The notes: generated by a model from the letters alone, not told the origin. DNA of 64,000 bases from a bacterium UBP13_UBA5359 (GCA_002410925.1 DHPR01000027.1:1-64000), one strand, 5' to 3'. Numbered from the stretch's first letter, positions 49,207 to 59,732 are shown. A program made the numbers and translations.

Positions 49207-50112
49207 TTACCAACAAAGCTGCACGCCCCGCCCTTCTTGTGCCATAGATTTATTGGCCGCTTCCATGAAAGCGATGACTTCCAGGGATTCCTCCGGCGAC
49301 ACCGGTGCTGTGCCGGTCTGAAAGAAGAGCTTTATCCTTTTCAGCAGTTCCAGGTAGACGTGCGTTCCTACAGTATCCACCGATAGCGCCGCCGTAACGG
49401 TGGCTCTCTCCTTCCAGGCAATAAAGCCGTAGCCGTGCTCTCCACCCCTTATCGCTCTGGCGATGCCGGTCCGGCCGTCTTCCCAGATGCCTACGGCTAC
49501 TGGGCCCTGTTGATACATGGTGCAGCGCACCTCCCGGCAGCCGGTTCCCATCAGCCGGTAAAGCGGCTCTACGGCATGAATACCGTAGTATATCCAACCG
49601 GGCATGGTCGGGCTCTCGATATAAGGCGAGTAGGCCATAGCGGAAAGAATAGCCTCGCCTTCCTCTGCTCTAGCTGCAGCCTCTATCTCCGCCGAGAAGC
49701 ACAGGCAGGAGGCGCTGAAAACCGGGCAGCCATGGCGGCGACAGAGTTCCAGCAATTCCGCGGCAGCAGATGTGTCGGCCTCCAGCGGCTTATCTATAAA
49801 GAGCGGTCTGCCTTTATCGGCCAAAAGTTTTGCCAGTTCGTAATGTTTGGAACCATCATCATGCAGGATGAGAATACCGTCCACTCCTGATGCCAGTTCC
49901 GCCGCATCTGCCGCAATCCGCACTCCGAGTTCAGCTACGGCCTCCGTATTCTCAGCCAGTTGCCTCTCCGAAATCATGGCTGAAGGCACCGGCATGGCGG
50001 CCGCGACCCTCAGGCCGGGTACCGGGCAATCCGGGCCGTGCAGCAGGGAGATAAAGACCGGACCATGCCCATCCAGGCCGACGACACCCAGTTTCAATTC
50101 TGCTTCGCTCAT
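49207..50112 (-). CDS. Gfo/Idh/MocA-like oxidoreductase
   Basis: LGVVGLDGH, PLFIDKPL, FSAS.L.F, YYGIHAVE. Confidence 0.85.
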   Translation of the reverse strand: MSEAELKLGVVGLDGHGPVFISLLHGPDCPVPGLRVAAAMPVPSAMISERQLAENTEAVAELGVRIAADAAELASGVDGILILHDDGSKHYELAKLLADKGRPLFIDKPLEADTSAAAELLELCRRHGCPVFSASCLCFSAEIEAAARAEEGEAILSAMAYSPYIESPTMPGWIYYGIHAVEPLYRLMGTGCREVRCTMYQQGPVAVGIWEDGRTGIARAIRGGEHGYGFIAWKERATVTAALSVDTVGTHVYLELLKRIKLFFQTGTAPVSPEESLEVIAFMEAANKSMAQEGRGVQLCW

Positions 50113-51134
50113 CGCTCCAGCCTCTCTATCAGTTTGTGAACGGTATCATCCGGGACCATTGCCGGCAAATCCACCACCCGGCCGGTATAGGCAGATAAAA
50201 AAGCGCCCATAATGGCCTCGAAACCCTGCAAAGCTCTGTTGAGGCTGTTGAGATGCACCTCGCGTCCGTCCAGCCAGGCAGCCATAGCCCGGGTGAACTC
50301 CTGCTGCCCGGGCACATCGCTCTCGGCCCAGGATGTCGGTTCCACCACCGGAGCGGCTGTGCCTTCGGTATGGTAACCCCAGTCGCTGTTTTGCCGCCAC
50401 CAGGCTCGGCCTCGGCTGCCCCAAAAATTAAATTCCAGATGCTGCCAAAAATCATCCTCACCGATAGTACCTACAGCACTGGCGGCATCCTCGCAGTAGG
50501 CAGTGATGCCGCCGGGGAAAATGTAACGGATCAGCATATCGGCCGGGGCCGGATGGCCGTAATCGTAGCCGTTCATACCGCTGGCCGTCGCCCAGACGTT
50601 AACAGGTGAAGTATCGTTCAGAAAGAATAGCAGCAGGTCTACCATATGCGGCCCCATGGAGAGAATATTACCCCTGGTAACGGCACGCACCCACTGGATA
50701 TCACCGATCAGCCCTTCATCAAGCACCTTCTTCAGTTGCCGGCAAGTAGCGAAGTAGCGCCGTTGCGTATTAACGGCTACCTTTAGGCCTCTTCGTTCAG
50801 CTATATACCGTATGGCTCCAGCCTGAGCAGGATCAAGAGCTATAGGCTTTTCCACTATTATTCCTCTGACCCCGGCCAGGGCCGCCAGCAGCATCGGTTC
50901 CTCACGTATGGCCGGAGGCGTAACGATGTGGAGGATATCAGGCTTCTCCCGCTCCAGCATCTCCTGCAAACCGGTATAGCGACGGCCAATGCCGTATTCA
51001 TCCCCGCAGGCGTCCAGACGCTCCCGATTCGTATCGCACAGGGCGCTCAGGCATATTTCATTAAGACCTTCGTAGGCCTGCATATGTATTTCCGCCCGCG
51101 GCCCACATCCCAGTATGGCTGATTTATAAGTCAT
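50109..51134 (-). CDS. Gfo/Idh/MocA oxidoreductase
   Basis: AILGCG, EKPDILHIVTP, IVEKPIA, NTQRRY, MGPHMVD. Confidence 0.9.
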   Translation of the reverse strand: MTYKSAILGCGPRAEIHMQAYEGLNEICLSALCDTNRERLDACGDEYGIGRRYTGLQEMLEREKPDILHIVTPPAIREEPMLLAALAGVRGIIVEKPIALDPAQAGAIRYIAERRGLKVAVNTQRRYFATCRQLKKVLDEGLIGDIQWVRAVTRGNILSMGPHMVDLLLFFLNDTSPVNVWATASGMNGYDYGHPAPADMLIRYIFPGGITAYCEDAASAVGTIGEDDFWQHLEFNFWGSRGRAWWRQNSDWGYHTEGTAAPVVEPTSWAESDVPGQQEFTRAMAAWLDGREVHLNSLNRALQGFEAIMGAFLSAYTGRVVDLPAMVPDDTVHKLIERLER

Positions 51135-52135
51135 TTCGTTATTCTCACTACCTCTCCCGTCCCGGCCGACCTTTCGGCGGCTTCCACCGCGGCCACAGCG
51201 GCTCTGGATTCCTCCGGGGTGATGATATCGGGCTTCTCGCCTTTAAGGATACAACCGGCGAAATAGGCCAGTTCCTCTTTCAGGGCACCCGCCCGGCCCG
51301 CCTGCGTGCGCGGCCAGTAAACCGTATCGGGGTACTGCCAGCCGTCCGGCGTACTGACAGCCAGAGACTGTCCCGGACTATTGATATAGATAGCGCCTTT
51401 ATCTCCTATAACCTCCATCCGGGCATCCAATTCGAAGGGCGTTCCCGACGGCAGACACCAGTTGTTCTCGATTACGCCGACGGCGCCGTTTTGAAATCTA
51501 TACATGGACCAGCCTATATCGGGGTTGGCCAGCCCCCGGACACCGACAGCCTGGGCATAAACCGATTGTATAGGGACACCGGTATACCAGAGCATAATAT
51601 CCACATCGTGCACACCATCCCCCATAATGGGCGAGATGCTGGCCAGGACGCTCCGGCTGACGGCGGCCGGGATGTTGCGCCGAGCGTAGATGGAGACGAT
51701 CTTGCCGATTTTGCCTTCGTCTATCTGCCTCTTGGCCAGAGCGTAAGCAGGATCGAAGCGGCAGATATGGCCCACCATAAAGGCTTTCTCATAATCTTCC
51801 AAAGACTGAATCAGGCGGGTGCACTCCTTGGTCGAGGCTGCCATCGGCTTCTCCAGAAAGACATGCTTGCCGGCGGCCAGAGCCGCCAGAGCGGGTTGCA
51901 GATGGTCGTTGACGTGAGTGACGATACTGACCGCCTCTACATCACTGTCACCAAGAAGTTCATGGTAATCGGTATAGGTGCGGGGATTGCCGTATTTATC
52001 CGCCAGCTCCTGCAGACGGCCTTCCCGCCTGGTACAGATAGCCGTCAGCTCCACCTCAGGCAGGGCAGACAGCACCTCCACATGCTTCTCTCCGAAGAAA
52101 CCCAGGCCGATAACTCCGTACTTTACCCTTCGCAT
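51131..52135 (-). CDS. Gfo/Idh/MocA oxidoreductase
   Basis: GVIGLG.FG, AGKHVFLEKPMA, MVGHICRFDP, DGVHDVD. Confidence 0.92.
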   Translation of the reverse strand: MRRVKYGVIGLGFFGEKHVEVLSALPEVELTAICTRREGRLQELADKYGNPRTYTDYHELLGDSDVEAVSIVTHVNDHLQPALAALAAGKHVFLEKPMAASTKECTRLIQSLEDYEKAFMVGHICRFDPAYALAKRQIDEGKIGKIVSIYARRNIPAAVSRSVLASISPIMGDGVHDVDIMLWYTGVPIQSVYAQAVGVRGLANPDIGWSMYRFQNGAVGVIENNWCLPSGTPFELDARMEVIGDKGAIYINSPGQSLAVSTPDGWQYPDTVYWPRTQAGRAGALKEELAYFAGCILKGEKPDIITPEESRAAVAAVEAAERSAGTGEVVRITK

Positions 52136-52138
52136 CGC

Positions 52139-53083
52139 CTAACCTCCATATCTTACAGATGCTCTCACGCCGCTGGAGCGACGGAAGTCAATAGCCTTAT
52201 TTATTATTCTGAAGGCGTCGTCCTGCGGTTGGTAGCCCAAAACTGTCCGGGCCTTACCGATATCGATAGTGAAATCATGGTAATCGGGGAAGACGACCTC
52301 GAAGACCGGCAGATCCAGCTTTTGAGCCACATAGGCGGCCAGCACATCGTAGCTGAACGGCGCCGAAGCGGCGATATTGAAGGTCTCGCCCAAAGCGGCC
52401 GGATTGCCCAGGGCCAGCAGAAAGGAGCGCACCGCATCATCCACCCCCACTATATGCCGTTTGTATGGTCGGCTATCGGGATGGAGCAGAATGCCGGCGC
52501 CGGCGGGATAGGGAATCCCGGTTATATCTCGCCAGTTGGGAAAACCGAAATCCGGTTCATCAAATGTCATGTGACAGAGCAAATCGTCCTCATCCTGAAT
52601 CCAGGAAAAGCGCAACACCGTCACCGGCAGCCCGTATTGCAGAGCATACTGCCGGCACATGGTCTCTTCCATGACCTTGGAGAAGGCATAGTAGCCGGGA
52701 TATGCCTTGAGCGGCGCATTCTCATCCAGGGGGACCGGCTGCGGGTTGAAAAAGATGCCCAAAGCGGCATCGCCGCTGGCCAGGATAAACTGCCTGATGC
52801 CGTTCTCACGGCATCCTTCCAGCAGGTTGAACGTTCCCTTGATACTGGTATCGATAAAGCCGGCATCCTCCTTGCTGGTAGCCAGGTGGCAGACGGCCTC
52901 CATGCCCTGCAGCGCCTGCCGCACTGCCCGGGCGTCGCTCACCGAGCCGGTGGCTGTCTCCACTCCGTTGCAGGCTACCGGAGTTCTGAACTGCAGTGCC
53001 CTGGCGCTATGGCCGGCCTTGACCAGAGCAGGGAGCAGGCGGCGTCCCAGCTTGCCGCCGGCGCCGGTAACTAAGACGTTCAT
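52139..53083 (-). CDS. NAD-dependent epimerase/dehydratase (extended SDR)
   Basis: VLVTGAGGKLG, VCHLA, GTFNLLE, YAFSK, KARTVLGYQP. Confidence 0.9.
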   Translation of the reverse strand: MNVLVTGAGGKLGRRLLPALVKAGHSARALQFRTPVACNGVETATGSVSDARAVRQALQGMEAVCHLATSKEDAGFIDTSIKGTFNLLEGCRENGIRQFILASGDAALGIFFNPQPVPLDENAPLKAYPGYYAFSKVMEETMCRQYALQYGLPVTVLRFSWIQDEDDLLCHMTFDEPDFGFPNWRDITGIPYPAGAGILLHPDSRPYKRHIVGVDDAVRSFLLALGNPAALGETFNIAASAPFSYDVLAAYVAQKLDLPVFEVVFPDYHDFTIDIGKARTVLGYQPQDDAFRIINKAIDFRRSSGVRASVRYGG

Positions 53084-53087
53084 AATA

Positions 53088-54014
53088 TCACCACTTCAAC
53101 AGAATCTTGACGGCTTCCTTCTTATAGACCCTCTCCACCGCCTTGTCGTATTCCTCAAAAGACATGATGCCGCCGACAAAGCTGCCGGGATCGATACGGC
53201 CCTCTTCCAGCAACCGCACCACCGCCCTCAGATTATCGATGGTCTGCACCTTGGAGTTTTTGATGACCAACTCTTTTTGAAACCAGCGGGACTGGTCCAC
53301 CTGAAACGGCTCATTGGTGAAACCGAAGATGATAACCTCGTGTCGGGTAATCTCAAAGGAGTTGAGGATGGACCGGGGCACACCGGTGGCGTCTATGACC
53401 AGGTCCACTCCCTCCTCGATCAGACTATCCAGTGCGACGGCTGGGTTCACCACCCTTTTCAGGCCCAGCCGCCTGGCAGCGGCAGCCCGTTCTTCTGATA
53501 TTTCGATACCCAGAAGCTCTCGCGGCGGATTGAGCGATATCAATTGCAACAGAGCCAGTCCGGCCGGGCCCAGGCCGGCGATGCCCACCTTCTTATCGCT
53601 CAGGTCGCCGGCTATCTCCAGGCAGTGATGCGTACAGCCGAAGATTTCCAGCACGGCCGCCGCTTCCGGCGCCGCCGTCCTGACGGGCACCACGCTCCAG
53701 GCTTGCCGGCAGACATACTCTCGGTAGAGCATAGGCCCGCCTTCCAGCATCAGCACCACCCGATCTCCCGCCTTAAGGTCGGTAACCTGGCTGCCGATCT
53801 CCGTGATGATACCCACGCCTTCATGCCCGTAAACGCCGGGAGCACAGGGGTATTTGATCAGATCGCCGTAGAGACCATAGAAGATTTTGTAATCATTTTG
53901 ATTGCAGATAGCCGCGTACTCCAGCTTGATGACCACTTCATCGGCAGCGGGCACGGGATGCTCCATATCGATAATCCTGAATTGGTAAGGGGCTATGATT
54001 TGCAGCGCTTTCAT
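53088..54014 (-). CDS. Zn-dependent (MDR) alcohol/sugar dehydrogenase
   Basis: AICNQND, GHEGVG, GDRV, GLGPAG, DLVIDATG; no structural-Zn Cys cluster. Confidence 0.88.
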   Translation of the reverse strand: MKALQIIAPYQFRIIDMEHPVPAADEVVIKLEYAAICNQNDYKIFYGLYGDLIKYPCAPGVYGHEGVGIITEIGSQVTDLKAGDRVVLMLEGGPMLYREYVCRQAWSVVPVRTAAPEAAAVLEIFGCTHHCLEIAGDLSDKKVGIAGLGPAGLALLQLISLNPPRELLGIEISEERAAAARRLGLKRVVNPAVALDSLIEEGVDLVIDATGVPRSILNSFEITRHEVIIFGFTNEPFQVDQSRWFQKELVIKNSKVQTIDNLRAVVRLLEEGRIDPGSFVGGIMSFEEYDKAVERVYKKEAVKILLKW

Positions 54015-54034
54015 AAAGGCACATCTCCCTGGCA

Positions 54035-54048
54035 GTTTAACGTTAAAC
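54035..54048. promoter_or_regulatory. LacI-type operator upstream of the oxidoreductase operon
   Basis: Perfect palindrome GTTTAACGTTAAAC with central CG. Confidence 0.8.
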
Positions 54049-54093
54049 CTAATATACTATGCATGCTTTCCGCAGATGAGAGCGGAACCGCAC

Positions 54094-55119
54094 TTACCCG
54101 GTTATCACCTCTACCGGCAGCATCTTTCGTACATGCTGCTTTGCCTGTTTGTTCAGGCTACAGACCAGGTATTCGCCGACCGCTTTTACCATCCCGGCTA
54201 TATCCTGTCTGATCAGCGGCAGCGGTTCCCTGATTACCTGCAAGGAGTTAAAGTCACCGGGGCAGACCATCTCAACAATAAAGGGATCGAAACCGATAAC
54301 TGGAAGATCGCCCGGTATGCGCAAGCCTTTTTGGCAGGCTGCATCCAGCAACCCCATCAGCAAGCGGTTGGATTCCAGAAAGATGCCGCTTCCATTTAAA
54401 TTGCTGTCAAGCATGCGTGCTGCCGTTTCTCTGACGCTCTTCCTGTCGGGTTCCGTAAGAAAGATCTGCCCGGTTGTAAAAGCGATGTCTCGGCAGACTG
54501 CCTCTTCTTTCACGCCTGCCAGCCTGTCGTCAAGCGGCTGATTGCGCATTATATTACCGAGATAAAATATTCGGCTTACCCCGCGGTCGGCCAGTATGAC
54601 AACGCCCTCTCCGGCTCCCTGCTTGTTATCCGTTGCGATGAAATTAAAATTTTCTCCGGCAAAATAGCGATCTATAAGAATAAAAGGCTTTTTGCCCTTC
54701 TGAATCTCTTTGAAATAATCTATATTATCCCGACCGGAAGCCGGCGCCACTACCAGGCCGTCAACCGACCGGCTTAGCAGGGCTTCTATATGCTTCCGTT
54801 CACTGGCCGGGTTATCCTCGCTGTTGCAGATAAGTGCCTGGTAACCGTGCGATGAGAGAAATATCTCCAGGGAACGCAGCAATTTCGGATAAAAAAGAGT
54901 GCTCATATCGGGAATCACTATGCCGATGGATTTCGTCTGCCGGTTTCGCAGCCCGCGGGCAATCATATCGGGTGAATATCCCAACCGCCGGGCTGTTTCG
55001 ATGATCTTCTCCTTTTTCGCCTGCCCGATACGTATGGGCAAACCGTTCAGCACCTTGCTGACAGCGGTTTGCGAGACATCCGCTTCCCGGGCAATATCTT
55101 TCAGGCAGATACGTTTCAA
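54094..55119 (-). CDS. LacI family transcriptional regulator
   Basis: LKDIAREADVSQTAVSKVLNG, LGYSPD.IARGL, LIDR, IPGDL.VIGFD. Confidence 0.93.
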   Translation of the reverse strand: MKRICLKDIAREADVSQTAVSKVLNGLPIRIGQAKKEKIIETARRLGYSPDMIARGLRNRQTKSIGIVIPDMSTLFYPKLLRSLEIFLSSHGYQALICNSEDNPASERKHIEALLSRSVDGLVVAPASGRDNIDYFKEIQKGKKPFILIDRYFAGENFNFIATDNKQGAGEGVVILADRGVSRIFYLGNIMRNQPLDDRLAGVKEEAVCRDIAFTTGQIFLTEPDRKSVRETAARMLDSNLNGSGIFLESNRLLMGLLDAACQKGLRIPGDLPVIGFDPFIVEMVCPGDFNSLQVIREPLPLIRQDIAGMVKAVGEYLVCSLNKQAKQHVRKMLPVEVITG

Positions 55120-55145
55120 GCCGGCAACCCCTTATATTCCCTTTG

Positions 55146-55191
55146 GTTTAACGTTTAATCAAAATATATCATTTGCCTTGGGGGATGTCAA
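55146..55191 (-). promoter_or_regulatory. lacI promoter with autoregulatory operator
   Basis: TTGACA (55186-55191), 17 nt, TATATT (55163-55168); GTTTAACGTTTAAT (55146-55159) matches the 54035 operator at 12/14. Confidence 0.75.
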
Positions 55192-55296
55192 GCGGTATTG
55201 CTCTGGATATTTTATGTGAGTCAACGTAGTAGCGCCATTATGTCGTCTTACAGCGGCATATATACTTCACCGCAGTTATTTATCCCGGCAAGTTGC

Positions 55297-57060
55297 TCAA
55301 CTTGCCGGCAGCAGGATAGTAACTTTGCTTCCCTGCCCTATCCCGGGACTCTCCACCCATATCGATCCTCCATGCATTTTAACTACCAGGCTGGCAATGG
55401 GAAGTCCCATCCCGCTGCCCTGAATGCGACGAACGTTGACATCTTCCACCTGATAGAAACGCTCGAAGATATGTTTCAAATTCTCAGCGGAAATTCCTAC
55501 GCCGGTATCGCTGATTTCAATGCGTAAATTACCCTGGTCGGGGAGGGCATTAACCATTATCCCGCCCTCGTCGGTAAATTTTATAGCATTATCTATTACC
55601 TTCTTAAGGATATCCTTAAGCCAGTCGGGATCACCATTAATAACGGGTAAAGAGTCGGAGATATCCAGCTTAAGATACAACTTCTTTGTCTCTGCCGCCG
55701 GCAGCATATCCCTGACAGCGTCGTTCAACATCTCAGCCGGCTCTATCCGCTCTCGTTTGAATTCTACCCGTCTGGCTTCCAGATCGGATAGCGATATAAG
55801 ATCCTCTATAACCTGATGAAGCCGCTGTGACTGCCTCAAAGCCGAATCCAACCCCTTGCGCATACGCTCAGGAATCTCTCCCAGCTTTCCGGCAGCAATC
55901 AGATCCAAAAAGATACGAACAACGGTTAACGGCGAGCGTAGCTCATGTGATACTCTAGCCAGGAAATCAGCCCTCGACCTGGCTGTAGCCTGCAGTTCTT
56001 CAGCCATTCGGTTTATCTCGTTGGCAAGATCTTCAACTTCATCGCCGCTATCCACATGCACCCTGCTGCCCAGTTGATTGTTCCCTATCCTGGCAGCTGT
56101 CTTTTCGATATTGATTATGGGCTGAGTAAATCGTTGTGCCAGAAGAAGGGCCAGGACATGCGACAGCAATATCATCGTAACAACAAATATAACAAAGGCC
56201 CATACAGCCTGGCGAAACTTTCCATAAATCACTCTCTCCGATGCACCGGTAATTAAAGCCCATCCGGTATCGCCCACCGGAGTGCCGGCCAGAAGATAAG
56301 GATAGCCGTCAATAGGGCTCTTTGCCAGCGTTATGCCGGTTTTCCCTGTCAATATATCCTGAATAACTTTGTCGGTATAGCGGCGACCAAGATATTTCTC
56401 CATATCAAGATTACGGCTGACAAGGGTACCCTTTCTATCAAAGATACTGATAATATATCCAGAAGGGAGCTCCAGCCTGGAGAACATATCGCTCAATCCT
56501 TTTGGTGTCAGCGAGAGCGCCATAATGCCGGCAAAAACACCCTTATCATCATTTAACGGATATGCGATAATCACTGCAGGAGCACGTGCAAAACGTTCAC
56601 TGACGATAAAATCCGAGACGTAAGGCCGGTTGGTGCGTTTGACCTGAATAAAGTAATCTCTATCGGCCACCAATGCCCCCCGCGGAAAGGGAGCATAGCT
56701 GATGAGAACTCTCCCTCTTTCATCTGCCAGGAAAATATTTTGCCACTCCTTTTTGCTGCTGAGCAAACGAGTGAAATATGTTTTTAGTACGGGTAAATCA
56801 CGGGTTCTGACTGCCCTGGTGACTGCCATTGTTTCCAGCGAATTGGTTTGCTCGCTTAACCAAAGAGTGGTCATTTGCGATGCAGACCTGGCCTGCGCCA
56901 GTACGGAGAGCCTGATATCGCTCTGTTTATCATGATAATACTGGTAAAGCAAGGACGTTCCTGCCACCAGCAGCGGCAGAATTATAACGAAGGCATATTG
57001 AATGAAGCGTGCTCTTATGGAACGTTTCACCAGTATTGCTCTCCACTTTACGCTAATCAA
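55297..57060 (-). CDS. Sensor histidine kinase (TM-Cache-TM-HAMP-HisKA-HATPase)
   Basis: DRDYF..PYVSD, DEVEDLA..INRM, VSHELRSPL, NAIKFT, DTGVGI, FERFYQ, GSGMGL. Confidence 0.93.
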   Translation of the reverse strand: MISVKWRAILVKRSIRARFIQYAFVIILPLLVAGTSLLYQYYHDKQSDIRLSVLAQARSASQMTTLWLSEQTNSLETMAVTRAVRTRDLPVLKTYFTRLLSSKKEWQNIFLADERGRVLISYAPFPRGALVADRDYFIQVKRTNRPYVSDFIVSERFARAPAVIIAYPLNDDKGVFAGIMALSLTPKGLSDMFSRLELPSGYIISIFDRKGTLVSRNLDMEKYLGRRYTDKVIQDILTGKTGITLAKSPIDGYPYLLAGTPVGDTGWALITGASERVIYGKFRQAVWAFVIFVVTMILLSHVLALLLAQRFTQPIINIEKTAARIGNNQLGSRVHVDSGDEVEDLANEINRMAEELQATARSRADFLARVSHELRSPLTVVRIFLDLIAAGKLGEIPERMRKGLDSALRQSQRLHQVIEDLISLSDLEARRVEFKRERIEPAEMLNDAVRDMLPAAETKKLYLKLDISDSLPVINGDPDWLKDILKKVIDNAIKFTDEGGIMVNALPDQGNLRIEISDTGVGISAENLKHIFERFYQVEDVNVRRIQGSGMGLPIASLVVKMHGGSIWVESPGIGQGSKVTILLPAS

Positions 57061-57105
57061 TAGTTATCTTATACCCTCGGTATACTCGGTAAAAACAGAT
57101 ACCTG

Positions 57106-58140
57106 TCAAATAATAAGCATGGCATCTCCAAAGGAGAAAAATCTATAGCCCTCTTTTATAGCCAGATTATATGCACCAAGCACCCGATTACGTCCGGCAA
57201 AGGCGCTGACAAGCAGGAGCAGACTGGTCTTGGGCAGATGAAAATTAGTCAGAAGTATATCCGTGGCTCTAAAGAGAAAGCCCGGATATATAAAGATATC
57301 CGTCCAGCCGGAGCAAATAGGTTTCGGGCCGGAAAAAGCCGCTTCCAAAGCTCGCGTGGTGGTGGTACCAACAGCCGCCACTCTGCCGCCGCTTTTCCGC
57401 GTGGATACAACCGCCTCTACGGTATCTTCAGAGAGCTGATAATACTCGGAATGCATCCGATGTTCCACCACGCTCTCATGACGCAACGGACGAAAGGTAT
57501 CCAGGCCTACATGCAGAGTCAGACTGCTTAACTGTATTCCTGCATCTTTGATCTTTTTCAGCAGATCCGGCGTAAAATGCAGGCCGGCTGTGGGAGCGGC
57601 GGCAGATCCCGGCTGACGCGAATAAACCGTCTGATACTTCTCTGCATCCTCCAGCTTGCCTTTGATATAAGGCGGCAACGGCATCTCACCCAGACGTTGC
57701 AGCACATCAAGAAAATTGCCCTCCCAGTGAAAACGAAGCACTCTGCCTCCGGCTTCCGTGCGTGCTATTACTTCCGCATTCAGGCATTCACCGAACTCCA
57801 GCCCCTCCCCGGGATGCACACGCCTACCCGGTCTGACCAAACATTCCCATTCACCACGCCTGATTTCATGCAGCAACAGAACCTCTACTACACCTCCGGT
57901 CTGGCGCCTGCCGAATAGCCGGGCAGGTATAACCCTGGTATCATTGATTACCAGCAGGTCCCCCTCCTTTAGATAATCGAGAATATCATAAAAAATGCGA
58001 TGCTCTACTCTGCCACTATCACGATTTATAACCATCAGTCGGCAGGTATCACGCGGCTCTGCCGGCTCCTGGGCTATAAACTCAGGCGGCAGATGATAAT
58101 TATAATCCGAAAGCAGAAGATCGTGGCTCGAAGCCGTCAT
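57106..58140 (-). CDS. queA: tRNA preQ1 S-adenosylmethionine ribosyltransferase-isomerase
   Basis: NDTRVIPARL, PLPPYI, YQTVYS, AAPTAGLHF, TLHVG, TNFHLP, YRFFSFGDAM. Confidence 0.97.
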   Translation of the reverse strand: MTASSHDLLLSDYNYHLPPEFIAQEPAEPRDTCRLMVINRDSGRVEHRIFYDILDYLKEGDLLVINDTRVIPARLFGRRQTGGVVEVLLLHEIRRGEWECLVRPGRRVHPGEGLEFGECLNAEVIARTEAGGRVLRFHWEGNFLDVLQRLGEMPLPPYIKGKLEDAEKYQTVYSRQPGSAAAPTAGLHFTPDLLKKIKDAGIQLSSLTLHVGLDTFRPLRHESVVEHRMHSEYYQLSEDTVEAVVSTRKSGGRVAAVGTTTTRALEAAFSGPKPICSGWTDIFIYPGFLFRATDILLTNFHLPKTSLLLLVSAFAGRNRVLGAYNLAIKEGYRFFSFGDAMLII

Positions 58141-58694
58141 CGGCCTGCCTCCCGCCGGCGGTAATATCTGTCTCGCTCACTAAGAATGCAACCACAGTAA
58201 GCCTGCAGATATATGCCTCGTTCTCTTATCTCTTGCTTAGCGGCGGGCCACCCCGGACGCCAATCGCGGTAAATGAATTCGATATCATAACGTTCACCCT
58301 CCTCGGTAGCGACTTGGGCTATCATATCATGTTGTTGATAGGGACTGACCAATAAAGTGGTGGAATAAAAATGATATCCCTCCATTGCAGCTCGAGCAGC
58401 GGCTGCCGACAGACGCCAACGATAGCATTCCAGACATCTGTTCTCAGCCTGCAGAGTCCTCTTCAGCCAGTCTTCCAATGGATATGACTCTTCCGTCTGC
58501 AAGGATAGTCCTTCATTAACGGCAATGCATCGCAATGCCGCCAGGCGTTTTTTGAATTCTGTGAAAGGTTGTATATTGGGGTTAAAAAAGTACCCCCTCG
58601 GCTCCAGGCCTTCTCGCCGCAGCTCTCTTATCGGATGAAGAGAGCATGGTCCACAGCATATATGCAGCAAAATATCTTTATGCCCTGTGTTCAC
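58137..58694 (-). CDS. queH: Epoxyqueuosine reductase QueH (DUF208)
   Basis: LLHICCGPC, FFNPNI.P, RC..CY..RL, STTL..SPYQ, Y.Q.YCGC; adjacent to queA. Confidence 0.92.
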   Translation of the reverse strand: MNTGHKDILLHICCGPCSLHPIRELRREGLEPRGYFFNPNIQPFTEFKKRLAALRCIAVNEGLSLQTEESYPLEDWLKRTLQAENRCLECYRWRLSAAAARAAMEGYHFYSTTLLVSPYQQHDMIAQVATEEGERYDIEFIYRDWRPGWPAAKQEIRERGIYLQAYCGCILSERDRYYRRREAGR

Positions 58695-58697
58695 TGC

Positions 58698-59732
58698 TTA
58701 AATCTCCAGATTGTACTGATCAAATGGCTGTTCCGAATAACCGTAAGGTAATTTAAAGTGCTCGTAGGCCAGCCGCGTAGCCTTTCTACCTCTGGGAGTA
58801 CGGTTAAGATAGCCGATTTGGATCAGATAGGGCTCATAAACGAACTCCAACGTGTCTCGCTCTTCATTTAAAGAGGCCGCAATCGTGTCTATACCGACAG
58901 GTCCGCCATCAAATTTCTCTATAATCGATAAAAGATAGCTTCGGTCCAGCCGGTCCAGGCCGCAATGGTCCACATCCAACATCTCCAGGGCATCCACAGC
59001 CACTTCAGCATCTATGCAACCGTCGGCTCTTATCTGTGCATAATCGCGAACGCGTTTGAGAAGGCGATTAGCTATACGGGGCGTCCCCCGTGAACGGCGG
59101 GCTATCTCTGCAGCACCGCTCTCGGTTATATCTACATTCAGTATACCAGCCGATCTAGTGATAATAATACATAGATCCCCGGGCGTATAATACTCGAAAT
59201 GAAAGGAGATTCCGAAACGATCCCTGAGCGGCGAAGTCAGCAATCCCGTTCTGGTAGTAGCCCCTATCAGAGTAAAGGGTGCCAGAGGCAAGGTATACGA
59301 TCTGGCGCTGGGACCCTTGCCAATAACCATATCGAATTTAAAATCCTCGATAGCGGGATAGAGGCGCTCCTCCACCACCCTTCCTAGACGGTGTATCTCA
59401 TCTATAAAGAGAATATCATGTTCTTGGAGATTGGTAAGCAATGCGGCCAGATCACCGGTATGCTCTATGGCCGGACCAGAGGTAACCTTGACACCCACTC
59501 CCATTTCATGAGCAATAATGCCGGCCAGCGTCGTCTTTCCCAGACCCGGAGGCCCGTAAAGCAGAACATGATCTAATGCCTCTCTCCTGCCCTGAGCGGC
59601 TTCTATGCAGATCTTCAGGTTTTCCCTGACATGCTGCTGACCGATGAAGTCCTCCAGCTGGCGAGGCCGTAAAGAACGCTCCAGTTCAAAATCCTCTTCA
59701 TATTGATTAGCAGCTGTTACACGATCAGACAT
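58698..59732 (-). CDS. ruvB: Holliday junction branch migration helicase
   Basis: [40 protein letters not shown]. Confidence 0.98.
   Translation of the reverse strand: MSDRVTAANQYEEDFELERSLRPRQLEDFIGQQHVRENLKICIEAAQGRREALDHVLLYGPPGLGKTTLAGIIAHEMGVGVKVTSGPAIEHTGDLAALLTNLQEHDILFIDEIHRLGRVVEERLYPAIEDFKFDMVIGKGPSARSYTLPLAPFTLIGATTRTGLLTSPLRDRFGISFHFEYYTPGDLCIIITRSAGILNVDITESGAAEIARRSRGTPRIANRLLKRVRDYAQIRADGCIDAEVAVDALEMLDVDHCGLDRLDRSYLLSIIEKFDGGPVGIDTIAASLNEERDTLEFVYEPYLIQIGYLNRTPRGRKATRLAYEHFKLPYGYSEQPFDQYNLEI

Noticed and set aside
51491-53074. 527-aa plus-strand ORF
   Set aside because: Antisense shadow of two well-supported minus-strand genes in GC-rich DNA; no recognisable motifs
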